NCBI GenBank assembly: GCA_963716725.1
Contig: CAVQUB010000002.1
Location: 320,001 to 384,000, forward strand
Direction: 5' to 3'
Source: an uncultured delta proteobacterium
GTDB lineage: Bacteria; Myxococcota_A; Polyangia; Polyangiales; Polyangiaceae
Length of the DNA stretch: 64,000 nucleotides
Positions 40,750-51,325 of this stretch are shown piece by piece. The notes under the pieces were generated by a model. The model had not been told where the DNA came from. It did no database searches and saw nothing but the letters and a program-made list of their open reading frames with translations. Both the position numbers and the translations under genes were made by a program. Within the stretch, counting starts at the first letter, position 1; the number at the start of each line of letters is the position of its first letter.

Positions 40750-42219
40750 GCTCGCTGCTCCGCGAGGGGCGCTTCCGACGGCACGACCAGCCGCACCCGC
40801 GTGCCCTTCCCGAGCTCGCTCTCGAACTCGAGCTTGCCACCGTGGGCACGGACGATCCGCTGCACGATGGCCAGCCCGAGCCCAGTGCCGCTGGGCCGTG
40901 TCGTGAAGAAAGGATCACAGGCCCGCGCCAACACGTCGGCGCTCATGCCGCTGCCGGTGTCCCGGACCTCTATGCACGCGTGGGGCAAGCCATCGATTTC
41001 CCGCTCGTTGACGCCCACGGTCACTCGCCCGTGGGCGGTGCTGGCCTGCCGCGCGTTGTCGACGAGGTTCGTCAGAGCGACGCGCAACAGCCCCTCGTCA
41101 GCGAAGGCGCGAACCGGCTCGAGCACCAGCTCGATCTCGAGCCTCGGCTCGTCGCCTCCCGCAACCACTTGGGCGAGTTCGGCGAGATCGATGCTGGCCG
41201 GAGTGAGCTTCACCGGACGAGCAAAGCGCAGGAGATCCGTCACCAGCTGATTGAGCCTGCCCGCCTCTTCCTCGACGATGTCGAGCAGCACGCGGTGGTC
41301 TGCGCCGCCTGCCCCGGCGCGTCGCAGCCCAGCGACCGCGTTGCCAATGATGGCGAGCGGGTTGCGCACCTCATGGGCGATGGACGCGGCGAGCTCGCCG
41401 ACCACCGCCAGGTGTTCCTTGGTCTCGAGCGTGCTCTGCACCTCGCGCAGCTCCGCGTAGGAAACGCGCAGCTCTTCGGCGGCACGCCGCAAATGAGTCT
41501 TCGCCTGATCGAGCTCGCCGGCAGTGGATCGGTAGCGGAGCACCACGGTGCTCGCGACGGCAAATGCGTAGAGCATGAACACATGCGGCAACACCAGCAG
41601 GGTGGGTGGCATGAATCCCATCACCATCATGATGTCGTTGGCGGCAGCGCCGAACAAACACGAGGCCACCCAGAAACCCGACCAGCGCCTCGCGCTCGCC
41701 CCGACGATGGGCCCGGAGAAACAGGACCTGGGCCGCTACCACTTGAACCCCGGTCACCGAGAAGTGCGCTAGGGCGAACGCCGTGGGCTCCGCGCGCACG
41801 TAGTTGAGGGTTCCACCCAGCACCATCATCTGCTGCACGCTGGTGCTGCCCGGTACCCAAAATGCACCCAAGGCATTGCCGATCTCGAACACGATGGCCA
41901 GGCCGTAGGCCGGCACCACCACGCGGCGGGCGAGAGCCGGCGCCCCGTAGCGCAGGGCGTAGTGCAGGTTGATGACTGGGGCGACGATCGAACCGGTGAG
42001 CACCAGCTTCGCAGCGAAGACGCCGGCCTCGGGCGAATCGGCGAGCGCCAGCCGGGCCATGCCAGCGCTGGTCAGCGCCAGCGCAGAGCAGAGCGCCGCG
42101 AAGATCAGGTAGTCCTTCTCGCGGCGGCCAAGCGCAAACGCCAGGCTGAAGAAGACACCCATCGCCGCCTGCGCGAGGGCCCAGGCCACGAGCATGCCGG
42201 CGAGCATTTGAGGCGTCAT
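40746..42219 (-). CDS. Multi-TM sensor histidine kinase (NtrB/PilS-like HisKA); frameshift near 41657
   Basis: About seven TM helices, H-box AHEVRNPL, N-box NLVDNA, DTGSGM and FFTTRPSGTGLGL. One extra base splits ORFs 41371-42219 and 40746-41669. Confidence 0.9.
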
Positions 42220-43082
42220 TTCAGTTCACGATTCACGGTCACGGTGCGCGATGAGCGAACCGGTCCCGACGGCTGACTCACTTCAACCTCGACGCGGAAG
42301 TCTCCGCTGGGCAGGTCCCGGGCCACCACTGGCTGCCAGCTCGAGAGGCGCTGCTCGATCTGGACGCCCGGGCCCGTCACGCGGACGGTCGCTCCGCCCT
42401 CCAGCCCCAGGGGGATGGGCAGAAAGTCCACGCTGATGGCGCTCGACGCCCGCTCTCCGTTGTAGGTTCCGGCGGGCGAGAGCAGAACGACCCCGGGTGC
42501 GGGCCCTCGTTCTGGATCGCGATCGCCCACCCAGAATCGCACCATCGCGTACGGTGCCCTCGAAGCGCCGTTCCCACGCACGATCGCGTGCGACTCGTCG
42601 ATGGCGGCCATCGCCAGCCAGTGGGGTCCTGCCGCGAGCTCACGACGACCCTGAGACGACCCCGGAGAAGCATCGTCATCGACGAGGGAGCCCAGCTCGA
42701 TGACGGCCTTGTCGAGCACTCGGCGGGGTCGATGGTCATCGAGTGCGATCACCACGCCTCGCCCCTCCGCCGCGAGTGGCCAGCCTTCGACCTTGCTCCT
42801 CACCTTGTAGGCCCGGGCCTTGGGCATCACGATGCGTTGCTCGGCGAAGGGGAACAGGATCTCGACATGCGCCTTCGTGTCCGTGGGCGCCGCTGCCAAC
42901 TCGAAGCGTGCAGGCGTCGCGACGCCCGCATCGGCGGCCGGCACCACGGTCACGCCAGCGTCAGCTGTCGCTGCGAGGCTCGCAATGCTCGCGGGCGGCG
43001 CCGCGACCGGATCCACCGTGGGAGGCGCCCCCGCGCACGAGACCAAAAGCGCGAGGCCCGCGATGGTGGCAGCTCGTCTCAC
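42216..43082 (-). CDS. Hypothetical lipoprotein
   Basis: Signal peptide with lipobox LVSC; its stop overlaps the kinase ATG. Confidence 0.7.
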   Translation of the reverse strand: MRRAATIAGLALLVSCAGAPPTVDPVAAPPASIASLAATADAGVTVVPAADAGVATPARFELAAAPTDTKAHVEILFPFAEQRIVMPKARAYKVRSKVEGWPLAAEGRGVVIALDDHRPRRVLDKAVIELGSLVDDDASPGSSQGRRELAAGPHWLAMAAIDESHAIVRGNGASRAPYAMVRFWVGDRDPERGPAPGVVLLSPAGTYNGERASSAISVDFLPIPLGLEGGATVRVTGPGVQIEQRLSSWQPVVARDLPSGDFRVEVEVSQPSGPVRSSRTVTVNRELK

Positions 43083-43185
43083 TTGACCAAGCTAGCGCAT
43101 TTCGGGCACGCCTCGACAGCGGGCGCTAGGAGGCACGCGCGCGGGACTACCATCTCGGCCCCAGCTCTGTTAGCCGAGGAGGCCC

Positions 43186-45002
43186 ATGAGCTACGTGGTC
43201 CTCGCCCGAAAATGGCGACCAATGAGCTTTGACGATCTCGTCGGGCAAGAACACGTCGCCCGCACGCTGGCCAACGCCATCGGCTCCGGGCGCGTCGCCC
43301 ACGCCTTCCTCTTCACGGGCGTGCGCGGGGTGGGCAAGACCACCAGCGCCCGCATCCTTGCCAAGGCTCTGAACTGCATGCGCGCGCCGGGGAGCGCGAC
43401 GACCGAAGGGGACCCCGGGCCCACCGCCTCACCCTGCCTCGAGTGCGGGCCGTGCTTGGAGATTGCCGCGGGGACCGACGTGGACGTGCAGGAGATCGAC
43501 GGCGCTAGCTACAACGGCGTCGACGAGGTCCGGCGACTGCAGGAGATGATCCCGTATCGCCCCTCGCGCGACCGCTACAAGATCTTCATCGTCGACGAGG
43601 TCCACATGCTCTCGTCCGAGCGCGTGGAACGCCTTCCTCAAGACCCTCGAGGAGCCGCCGCCTCACGTGAAGTTCATCTTCGCGACCACGGAGGTGCACA
43701 AGGTTCCGATCACGATCTTGAGCCGTGTGCCAGCGCTTCGACTTCAAGATGATCGCCAGCCGTGCCATTGCCGATCGTCTGCGGCACGTCACACAAGCAG
43801 AAGGCATCAGCGCCGACGAGAGCGCACTGTCGATCTTGGCTCGCGAGGCCGCCGGCAGCATGCGCGACGCGATGAGCTTGCTCGACCAGGTGATCGCGTG
43901 GGGAGGAGACTCCCTCGAGGGCGCCGACGTCGCACGAGTTCTGGGTGTCGCCAGTCATCGAGTGCTGCACGACATCGCCGGATCGCTGGTGCGCGGGGAT
44001 GCAGCCAAAGCCCTCGGTGTCGTGGCCGAGCTCGCGGGCCAGGGCCACGACATCGCCCACGTGACCCGAGATCTGCTCGCTCTCATGCGGGACATCGTGG
44101 TGGCGAAGGTCTGCGCCGAACCCGGCGACCTCATCGATCTCGCCGACGACGAGCGCCGCGACGTCATGGAGCTCGCGAAGAGCACGGACGCTGACGACCT
44201 GCTGCGACTCCATCAGGGGTTCTCCCAGGGCTTCGACGACGTCGTGCGCAGCGGTCAGCCCCGGGCCGCCCTCGAAATGCTGCTGGTCCGCCTGGCGCGC
44301 CGGCCGCCGCTCCTGCCCATCGACGATCTGATCGGAAGACTGCGCGAGCTCGAGCGCCGACTCGGCTCCGCTCCGCGACGCGAGCCGCCCCGGGAGGGCC
44401 CGCCGGGCCTGTCTGGCGCACGTCCGCCCGAAGCGCGGCCCCGGCCGCGCGAGCCTCGATCCAGTGAGGGCCCCGGCGCCCCACGGGATCGCCGCGACGA
44501 ACCTCCACCGGCCCGCCCGCAGCCCAACCCCGCTCCCGCGCCCGCGCCGGCGTCTGCACGACCACGCGCCGACCCAGAACCGGAAGAGCGCTCCGCAGAT
44601 TTCGCCACGGTGGCCTTCATCGGCATCCTGGAGCGACTGGCCACAGTGCGACCCGAGCTCGCTGCATTCTATCAGCACGCGGCGCCGCTCAGCGTGACCC
44701 CAACCGAGCTCGTGGTGGGCTTTGAGCCCGACAGCGTGATCGCGACGCAGGCTTCGGAGAAAGAAGCGGTCGCGGCCCTGACCCAGGCCGCCAGCGATCA
44801 CTTCGGCGCTCGTGTGCACGTCGTCGTCGAGCTCGACTCGGAGCGTTCCCGGGGCTTTGACACGGTCGCTGCCCAGCAAGCCCGCGAACGCAAGAGCCGC
44901 GTGCAGCGCGCCATCGCGAAGGCCAAGCAGCACCCCCGCGTTGTGGACGCCATGGAGATCCTGGGCGCCCGGATCAAGGACCTGAAGATCGCTTCGGATT
45001 GA
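43186..45002 (+). CDS. dnaX: DNA polymerase III subunit gamma/tau; frameshifts near 43617 and 43725
   Basis: [28 protein letters not shown], then (shifted) [11 protein letters not shown]...TILSR, then (shifted) CQRFDF and [12 protein letters not shown]. Confidence 0.95.
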
Positions 45003-45032
45003 CGTCGGCGCGCGGCGCGTCGACAAGGAAGC

Positions 45033-45647
45033 GTGCTCCCCGAGCGGCTCTCGCGCCTGATGCAGCTCTTCGCACGCCTGCCAGGCGTCGGCGAGAAGAC
45101 CGCGCAGCGCTACTGCCTTTTTCTCGCGACGGAGCAGGGCGAGCTCGCGCGCCAACTTGGTGACGAGCTGCTCGAGGCATCCGTCAGCGTCGGTCCGTGT
45201 CAACGCTGCGGCAACCTCGCGGAGGTCGACGAGCAGTCTCAGCGGATCTGTCGGATCTGCCGAGACAACCGCCGAGACCCTTCGCTGCTGTGCGTGGTGG
45301 CGCGCGTCCAAGATCTGCTGGCTATCGAACGCAGCGGTGCCATGCGCGGCCGATACTTCGTGCTCGGCCGACTGCTCTCGCCCCTGGATGGCATCGGTCC
45401 AGATGAGCTGCCCATGCCCGCGCTCTTCGCGCGGCTCGAGCAAGATGGCGTGCGCGAGGTGATCATCGCCACGCCGCCCAGCGTGGACGGCGAGGCGACG
45501 GCTCTCTTGCTGGCGCGGGAGCTCGCCGCCGCCAAGCTCCGCGTCTCGCGCATCGCGAGCGGCGTGCCCCACGGCGGCGATCTCGAGTTCGCCGACCAAA
45601 TCACCTTGGGGCGAGCCATCGACGGGCGCCGTTCGATGGGCAGCTGA
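45033..45647 (+). CDS. recR: Recombination mediator RecR
   Basis: LPGVGEKTAQR HhH motif, C4 zinc finger, LSPLDGIGP, GEATA and SRIASGVPHGGDLEFAD. Confidence 0.96.
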   Translation: MLPERLSRLMQLFARLPGVGEKTAQRYCLFLATEQGELARQLGDELLEASVSVGPCQRCGNLAEVDEQSQRICRICRDNRRDPSLLCVVARVQDLLAIERSGAMRGRYFVLGRLLSPLDGIGPDELPMPALFARLEQDGVREVIIATPPSVDGEATALLLARELAAAKLRVSRIASGVPHGGDLEFADQITLGRAIDGRRSMGS

Positions 45648-46076
45648 TCGGGCAGCGCTCAACAGTCACTGATGCGCTTCTGGGAGGAGACGAACCGCCA
45701 AGCCGCCGAGAGCGCCAGGATGCGCTTGATGCCGCGACGAAGCACCGCGACGTTGAAAGTAGATGAGGAGTCCGGACCAAGACCGATGAGCCTGTGGACT
45801 CGATCGCTGCCCCGACCTCCGCCGTGTCCAAGCTTGTCAAGGGCCGTACTTGGCTCCTGCCACCTCAAATTCTTGGCGACCTCGGCGCCTTGGCGGTGCA
45901 GCCTTCCTGCGTCGGCGCAGCCGGACCCTCGACTCGAGTGAGGCGCGCCGCGGGGACCCCAGGTGCCGGTGCGAGGGACCCAGCTCGGCCCTCAGGCAGG
46001 CGGATCGGCCTCGGAAATCAGCCGCGATCCTCCGGTTGATCTGGCGCAGCTCCGGCGCCAAGATGCGCCGGCCGTC

Positions 46077-46475
46077 ATGACCCGACACGTGATCTCGACC
46101 CCACAGGCCCCCGCCGCCATCGGACCGTATTCCCAGGCGGTGTCCTCGGGCGACACGCTGTTCCTGAGCGGGCAGATCCCCATCGATCCGAGCACCGGCG
46201 AGCTGGTCAGCGGTGACATCGAGCTCGAGACCCGACGCGTGCTGGACAACCTGGGCTTCGTGCTGCGGGCAGGCGGCGCCGACTTTGCAGATCTGGTCAA
46301 GACGACCATCTACCTGACAGACCTCGCGGACTTCGCAGCCGTCAACCGCGTCTACGCCGAACGCTTCGGTGACAGCCCTCCGGCCCGCGCCACGGTTCAA
46401 GTCTCCGCACTACCCAAGGGCGCTCGCGTCGAGATCGACGGCATCGCGCAAATCGTGAAAAAGAGTGGATCATGA
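46077..46475 (+). CDS. ridA: RidA/YjgF family enamine/imine deaminase
   Basis: APAAIGPYSQAV, LFLSGQIP and PARATVQVSALPKGARVEID. Confidence 0.93.
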   Translation: MTRHVISTPQAPAAIGPYSQAVSSGDTLFLSGQIPIDPSTGELVSGDIELETRRVLDNLGFVLRAGGADFADLVKTTIYLTDLADFAAVNRVYAERFGDSPPARATVQVSALPKGARVEIDGIAQIVKKSGS

Positions 46476-47611
46476 CTCGAGAAAGCACCAGCACCGAATT
46501 CGACGAGAAGTCCTTGAACGTCAGCGCGGAAGGGGCCGGCGACGCGATTCGTAGCGCGGGCGGACGAGCAACCCAGCTGGTCGACGCCTGGGTGAAACGC
46601 GGAAACTCCGCCGCCGTGGCCGAGGTCGCCGAGCGAGGACAAGGCGCCGAGCGCAAAGCTGCACGCCGCGGAATCGGCGTGCTCAAGAGCCGCGGCATCG
46701 GCCTCCCGGAACGCAAGCGCGCAGCCACGCTGGCAGGTCCGCCCAAGGACGCGGTGCTCGAGGCCTGGATGATGCCCCCGGATACCGCCGGGAACACGCT
46801 CCTCGTCTTGGCGTCGCACAGCGGCGCCAGCCGCTACCGGACCGCCTTCGTCGTGCTCAACGACACCGTAGGCGTGCATCGGATCGAGATCGGCGATCAC
46901 TCGTTGTCACAGCTCAAGACCAACATGACCAAGTCACTTCCGGGGGCTCAGTACAAGCCGCTGAAGGTGCCGGTCGAGTGGGTTCGCCACCGCATCGCCG
47001 AAGCGCGCAAGCTGCACGCCGAAAACGGCGTCCCGGAGCCGCTCGGTTTCACCAGCGCGCGGGCGCTACTCGAGCCCATCCCCGAGGCAGCTCCGTCGCA
47101 TCCCTTCGACGAAGAGGGGCTCGAACTCGCCCCGGAAGACGCGCTCATCGTCGCACGCGCGTCGGCCATGCTGCACGCCCTGCCGGAGTTCCGAGGCTGG
47201 TTTCCGACCCGCGAAGCCGTCGACGAGATGCTTCAAAAGGTCGGTGAGACCGTCTCACCCGGCGAGGAGCCCGATCCCGCGACGCTGAAGGCGGTCCTCG
47301 ATGCCGAGATCATCGCGGCGACCGACCGCTACTTCTCACCGGACCGACGCAGGGATCTGGTTCGCGCCATGAAGGACAGCGCGCTCAGCATCCTCGGCCG
47401 CGAGGGCGAGCAGAAGGCCCTCGATGTCGCTGCCACGATCACCGGCATCGAGTCACGGGGACTGATCACCGACGCTCCGCACGAAATCGGCTTCCTCAAG
47501 GGCTTCTTCGAGAAGGCCGTGAGCCTGCTCTTGGCCCGCGGCGGCGGTAGCCTGCGCATTCCCGTCCGCACGTTGCCGACAGAAGACGCTCCACCCGACC
47601 CAACGCCCTGA
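46472..47611 (+). CDS. Hypothetical protein translationally coupled to ridA
   Basis: 379-aa ORF with an ATGA overlap and typical codon bias; no family assigned. Confidence 0.75.
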   Translation: MTRESTSTEFDEKSLNVSAEGAGDAIRSAGGRATQLVDAWVKRGNSAAVAEVAERGQGAERKAARRGIGVLKSRGIGLPERKRAATLAGPPKDAVLEAWMMPPDTAGNTLLVLASHSGASRYRTAFVVLNDTVGVHRIEIGDHSLSQLKTNMTKSLPGAQYKPLKVPVEWVRHRIAEARKLHAENGVPEPLGFTSARALLEPIPEAAPSHPFDEEGLELAPEDALIVARASAMLHALPEFRGWFPTREAVDEMLQKVGETVSPGEEPDPATLKAVLDAEIIAATDRYFSPDRRRDLVRAMKDSALSILGREGEQKALDVAATITGIESRGLITDAPHEIGFLKGFFEKAVSLLLARGGGSLRIPVRTLPTEDAPPDPTP

Positions 47612-47647
47612 GTCGCTGCGACGGCTGCTCGAGGCGCGTGCTTGCGG

Positions 47648-48691
47648 CTAGCGCTTGCGGCGTCGGAGCAAGCCCGCGGCCCCAAGCGCACCGAGCAAGG
47701 CCGCCCACGCGCTCGGGCCAGCGTCGCCGCGCACGGTGCAGCCCGCGTCGCTCTCGCCGTTGGCGCCAACCGGATCGGCGCTCGGACTCGGCTCTTCCCA
47801 GGGCGGCGACTCGTCCACGCCGTCGGACTTGCCGGCGCAGTAGAGCTTGATCGAGTTGCACCACTCGGTCTTCTGCGCAACCTCCACGGGCGGAGCCGCT
47901 TGGAGCGCGATGGCGTCCGGGTTTCCAGCGCAGAGATCGGTGGCCGGGGTCTCGGGATCGACGGTCAGGTTCGCCGAGAATTGTCCGCCGAGCGCCGGCA
48001 CGACCAGCTCGTTGTTCCAGCGCCGATCCACGCCGTCCCAGGTGTCGGCGCCTTTCAGGAACTCACACACGCCGCCGCGCGGCGGGAAGTACATCCCGAG
48101 GGGCTCGTTGTCCTCTTTGTACATCTTGAACGAGCTCGGCTTCAGCGCAGCGGCCTTGTAGGCGACGACGAAGGCATCGAGGGCCAGAACCGACTGTTCT
48201 TTGGCGCACTTCAGGGCCTCTGGCTGGATATCTGGGCTCAACGTGGTGTCCAGACACGAGTCCGAGAGCGAGAACCACGCGTGCTGAGTGTTGGACACAC
48301 CGCTGTGCGCACAGTTGTCTTGCAGCGTGTGCAGCGTACGCCCGAGGGCCTTGGCGATGGCCTCGATCGACGCCCTGTCCTTGGTGGCCCCCGGCGCCGC
48401 GAGCAGCGCGCGGAGCTCTTTGCCCAGCGACGCCACTCGCCCCGTCACCGCCAATGCGGCGTCGCAGTGCGACTGCCCCTCTTCGGGTTGAGCGTGCGCC
48501 GCGAGCAGCTCCCATTCGTAGCGGTCGACGTTGTACGAGGCCGCGCCGACCTCATCGCAGAAGTCCATCGGCAAGCCCACGCCGCGACAGGCGTCGTCGC
48601 TGAGCGCCCGGTGCTTGCTCTGCGAAAGAGCTAGCGCCTGGGAAGATGCAGTGACGCCGGCGAGGATGAGAAGAACTCGCGTGAGGTTCAT
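47648..48691 (-). CDS. Secreted MYXO-CTERM protein with zinc-dependent phospholipase C / P1-nuclease-like His-Asp pattern
   Basis: Signal peptide ending SQALA; early His (SKH); LGRTLHTLQDNCAH; C-terminal AGCTV...AWAALLGALGAAGLLRRRKR. Confidence 0.6.
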   Translation of the reverse strand: MNLTRVLLILAGVTASSQALALSQSKHRALSDDACRGVGLPMDFCDEVGAASYNVDRYEWELLAAHAQPEEGQSHCDAALAVTGRVASLGKELRALLAAPGATKDRASIEAIAKALGRTLHTLQDNCAHSGVSNTQHAWFSLSDSCLDTTLSPDIQPEALKCAKEQSVLALDAFVVAYKAAALKPSSFKMYKEDNEPLGMYFPPRGGVCEFLKGADTWDGVDRRWNNELVVPALGGQFSANLTVDPETPATDLCAGNPDAIALQAAPPVEVAQKTEWCNSIKLYCAGKSDGVDESPPWEEPSPSADPVGANGESDAGCTVRGDAGPSAWAALLGALGAAGLLRRRKR

Positions 48692-48732
48692 GTGTGCGGC
48701 ATACCTACCACGGCGCGTCGGCGCTTGCACCG

Positions 48733-49725
48733 TCACTTGTAGCTGAGCGTGACGTTACCCTCGGCGAAAACGCCGTTCTCGCCCTGCGTGGACAGGCCGT
48801 AAGCCGCACCGCCGGCGCCGCAGGTCACGGTTTTGTCGGTTGCGCCAGCCTCGGACGCGGTGCAACCGCTCGGAGCCGCGCCGGTGTCGACGGCGCCGTG
48901 GGGGGCGCTCGCGTGCAGCGAATAGTTGCCCGACGCGGGGAAAGTCGCGCTGATGCTGCCCTCCCCGGTCACGCTGATCTTCCCGCCCTTGGCGGCCGCC
49001 GAAACCTGGCTCACGCGGAGCACGACCGACGGATCGTCTCCACCGTCTCCCTCCGTCGTGATGTTCACGTCGTCGCTGACGTCGAGCACGGTGACCGTCT
49101 CTCGGCAGGTGACGCCGGTGCTGACGACGCTGGGCCCACCCTTTACGGTACAGTCGCCGAGCGAAGCCTTGTTCGTGAGGGTGACCGTCTTGGCAGATGC
49201 CACGGCGTTCACGTCGACGTCGAACTCACCCGCGTTGGCGAGTGGGCCGTCACCATGATTCATGATGGTCAGGTTCCCGTCGAACTCCGGCGGCAACTTC
49301 ACGGTGATGGAAGTGCCGAGCCCGTTGGTCGGATCGCCCTTCCTTGCGGCGATGACGTCGACATTTGCCCCGTCCTGGATCTTCAGGTCCAGGTCCTCGT
49401 TCATCTGGCGCGTCGCCAGCTCTTTCTCGTCGTAAGCTTCGAAATCGAAAGGCTTGAAGATCACTTCCACGGTACCTGCCGCGGCGCCGCCCTCGACGGT
49501 CACGTTGCCGTACACGGCCGAGATCGTCACCGAGCCGCCAGCCTGGTAAGGAACCGTCTTCGGGACGTCGGTGCCGTCGAACTTGGTCAGGGATTTGCCC
49601 TGAATGCAGGTGCCCTCCGAGCTCTCCTGCTCGTTGTCCGGACACTCCGCGAGTTTGCATCCGCTGGCGCCCACCAAGGTGAGCGTCATGAGCCCGAGCG
49701 CCAAAGTTCCTAAGATGTGCTTCAT
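48733..49725 (-). CDS. Beta-strand-rich lipoprotein (adhesin/DUF4097-like)
   Basis: Lipobox ASGC and repeated G.V.I/V beta motifs (YGNVTVEG, EGSISATF, HGAVDT). Confidence 0.6.
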   Translation of the reverse strand: MKHILGTLALGLMTLTLVGASGCKLAECPDNEQESSEGTCIQGKSLTKFDGTDVPKTVPYQAGGSVTISAVYGNVTVEGGAAAGTVEVIFKPFDFEAYDEKELATRQMNEDLDLKIQDGANVDVIAARKGDPTNGLGTSITVKLPPEFDGNLTIMNHGDGPLANAGEFDVDVNAVASAKTVTLTNKASLGDCTVKGGPSVVSTGVTCRETVTVLDVSDDVNITTEGDGGDDPSVVLRVSQVSAAAKGGKISVTGEGSISATFPASGNYSLHASAPHGAVDTGAAPSGCTASEAGATDKTVTCGAGGAAYGLSTQGENGVFAEGNVTLSYK

Positions 49726-49809
49726 GGTCTTCCAGGTACCTCGTCCCATCAGTCTACGCAGAACCTTTGGGTTTCTTCCCTGCCCCGGAGCCCGAAACCC
49801 AGGTTGCCG

Positions 49810-50685
49810 TCAGACCTCCAAGCCCATGACACCCCTCACCTTTTCTCGGAACGCCTGGCGTAGCCGCAGGGTCATCGGACCGGGACGGCCCGCCCCGACG
49901 GGCTCCGAATCGACCCGAACCACCGGCAGAAGCTCGCGAATGCTCGACGAAATGAAGACCTCGTCGGCCCCGATCAGTTCCGATGCCGGCAGCGGACGAA
50001 GCTCGACCTCGATGCCCAGGTCCCGGGCCACGCCGAGCACGAACCAACGCGTGATGCCTGCCAGGATGCCGACCTCTTCGGGGGGCGTCACGAGGCGGCC
50101 CTCGCGGACCGCAAACACGTTGGACGTTGCGCCCTCCACCACGTTGCCACCCCCGTCGACGATCAACGCTTCACTCGCGCCCTCGGCCCGGGCGCTGCGC
50201 ATCGCGAGCACGGCCACGAGGTAGTTGCCGACCTTGGTACCTGCCGCCTCCGTCGCCTCCGAGACCCGCTGGGTCCGGTAGGTCACGACGGCGATGCCGC
50301 GGTCGTATGCCTCCGGCGGCGGCGGCTCGAGCCTCCCAACGATGATGGCGCGCAGCGGATGCGCCACGAAGCCGGTATCCAGACCGAGCGGACCGCTGCC
50401 GCGGGTGACGATCACGCGCACGTAGGACTCTGCGTTGCCCGTCGCTGCGACGGCGGCCTCGATCTCCGCCCCGAGGACCTCGAGTGACACCGGCAACTCG
50501 ATGAACACCTTCGCGGCGCTCCGCTCGAGGCGCTGCAAGTGCTCGAGCAAAGCGAAGGCTCGCCCGCCATAGGTCCGAAGCGTCTCGAATACGGAGTCTC
50601 CGTAGAGGAACCCACGGTCAAACACGCTGACGACGGCAGCTTCGGGTTCGTGCACGAGGCCGTCGATCCAAACGCGGGTGGTCAC
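49810..50685 (-). CDS. PLP-dependent class IV aminotransferase (IlvE/PabC/Dat family)
   Basis: VSVFDRGFLYGDSVFETLR, HLQRLERSA, TKVGNY, EGATSNVF, ILAGITR and ADEVFISSS. Confidence 0.93.
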   Translation of the reverse strand: MTTRVWIDGLVHEPEAAVVSVFDRGFLYGDSVFETLRTYGGRAFALLEHLQRLERSAAKVFIELPVSLEVLGAEIEAAVAATGNAESYVRVIVTRGSGPLGLDTGFVAHPLRAIIVGRLEPPPPEAYDRGIAVVTYRTQRVSEATEAAGTKVGNYLVAVLAMRSARAEGASEALIVDGGGNVVEGATSNVFAVREGRLVTPPEEVGILAGITRWFVLGVARDLGIEVELRPLPASELIGADEVFISSSIRELLPVVRVDSEPVGAGRPGPMTLRLRQAFREKVRGVMGLEV

Positions 50686-51305
50686 GGGGCACCCCACAGG
50701 GCGAGCTCGTGCGCGGCGCGGTCACCGGCCGCGACAATCGCCGAATCGATCAAGCGCGGATCCGCCAGCGCCGCCTCGGCATCCAGTGGCGCGCCCACCA
50801 CGATCACCACTCGCGAGAAGGGCAATACGACCAAGAAATCGTCCCAAATCCGGGACAACCGGAAGCCCCATCGCGCTCGACTGCCCACCGGCAAGAGCGG
50901 CGCGCGGGAGAGCACGGCCGCCTTCGCCGCGCCGGCTTTGGCGCGAAAGGCCGGCCCGCGCGGCCCGTCCACCGCAAACAGGGCGTGCTCGCGACGGCGT
51001 GTGACCCGGCGAATGAGCGCCGCCAGGCCTACCGCGCCGCCTCGCGAGCTCGACCCGCGCACGCTGCCGACGCCGAGGGCACGGAGCACTCCCGCTTGGA
51101 GCTCGCCGTCGACGGAGCGGCTGACCATGGCGACGCTCGGGCGACGGCGTCGCGCCGCGAGCAGCGGCATCTGCCTCCCGTGCCAAAACGCAAACACGCT
51201 TGGTGGCATCGTCGAGAGCTCCACGGGTGAGTACAGCTTCACGCGCAGGGTCCAGAGCCAGACCCGGACCAAGAACCCGAACGACAGGCCGACGAAACGC
51301 CGCAT
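50682..51305 (-). CDS. DUF374 / lysophospholipid acyltransferase-family protein
   Basis: AFWHGR, MVSRSVDGE, VRGSSSRGG, VDGPRGP and WD.F...PFSR. Confidence 0.9.
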   Translation of the reverse strand: MRRFVGLSFGFLVRVWLWTLRVKLYSPVELSTMPPSVFAFWHGRQMPLLAARRRRPSVAMVSRSVDGELQAGVLRALGVGSVRGSSSRGGAVGLAALIRRVTRRREHALFAVDGPRGPAFRAKAGAAKAAVLSRAPLLPVGSRARWGFRLSRIWDDFLVVLPFSRVVIVVGAPLDAEAALADPRLIDSAIVAAGDRAAHELALWGAP

Positions 51306-51325
51306 CCGGGCGGGTCCTCGAGCGC

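Noticed and set aside
43083..43185. SRP RNA (ffs) often found upstream of dnaX
   Set aside because: No CAGG...GGAA...AGCAG domain IV motif is visible in this 100-bp spacer.
43600..43740. Programmed dnaX tau/gamma frameshift
   Set aside because: The shifts fall inside the conserved AAA+ domain rather than after domain III, and there is no A-AAA-AAG slippery site or long A run. Better explained as errors.
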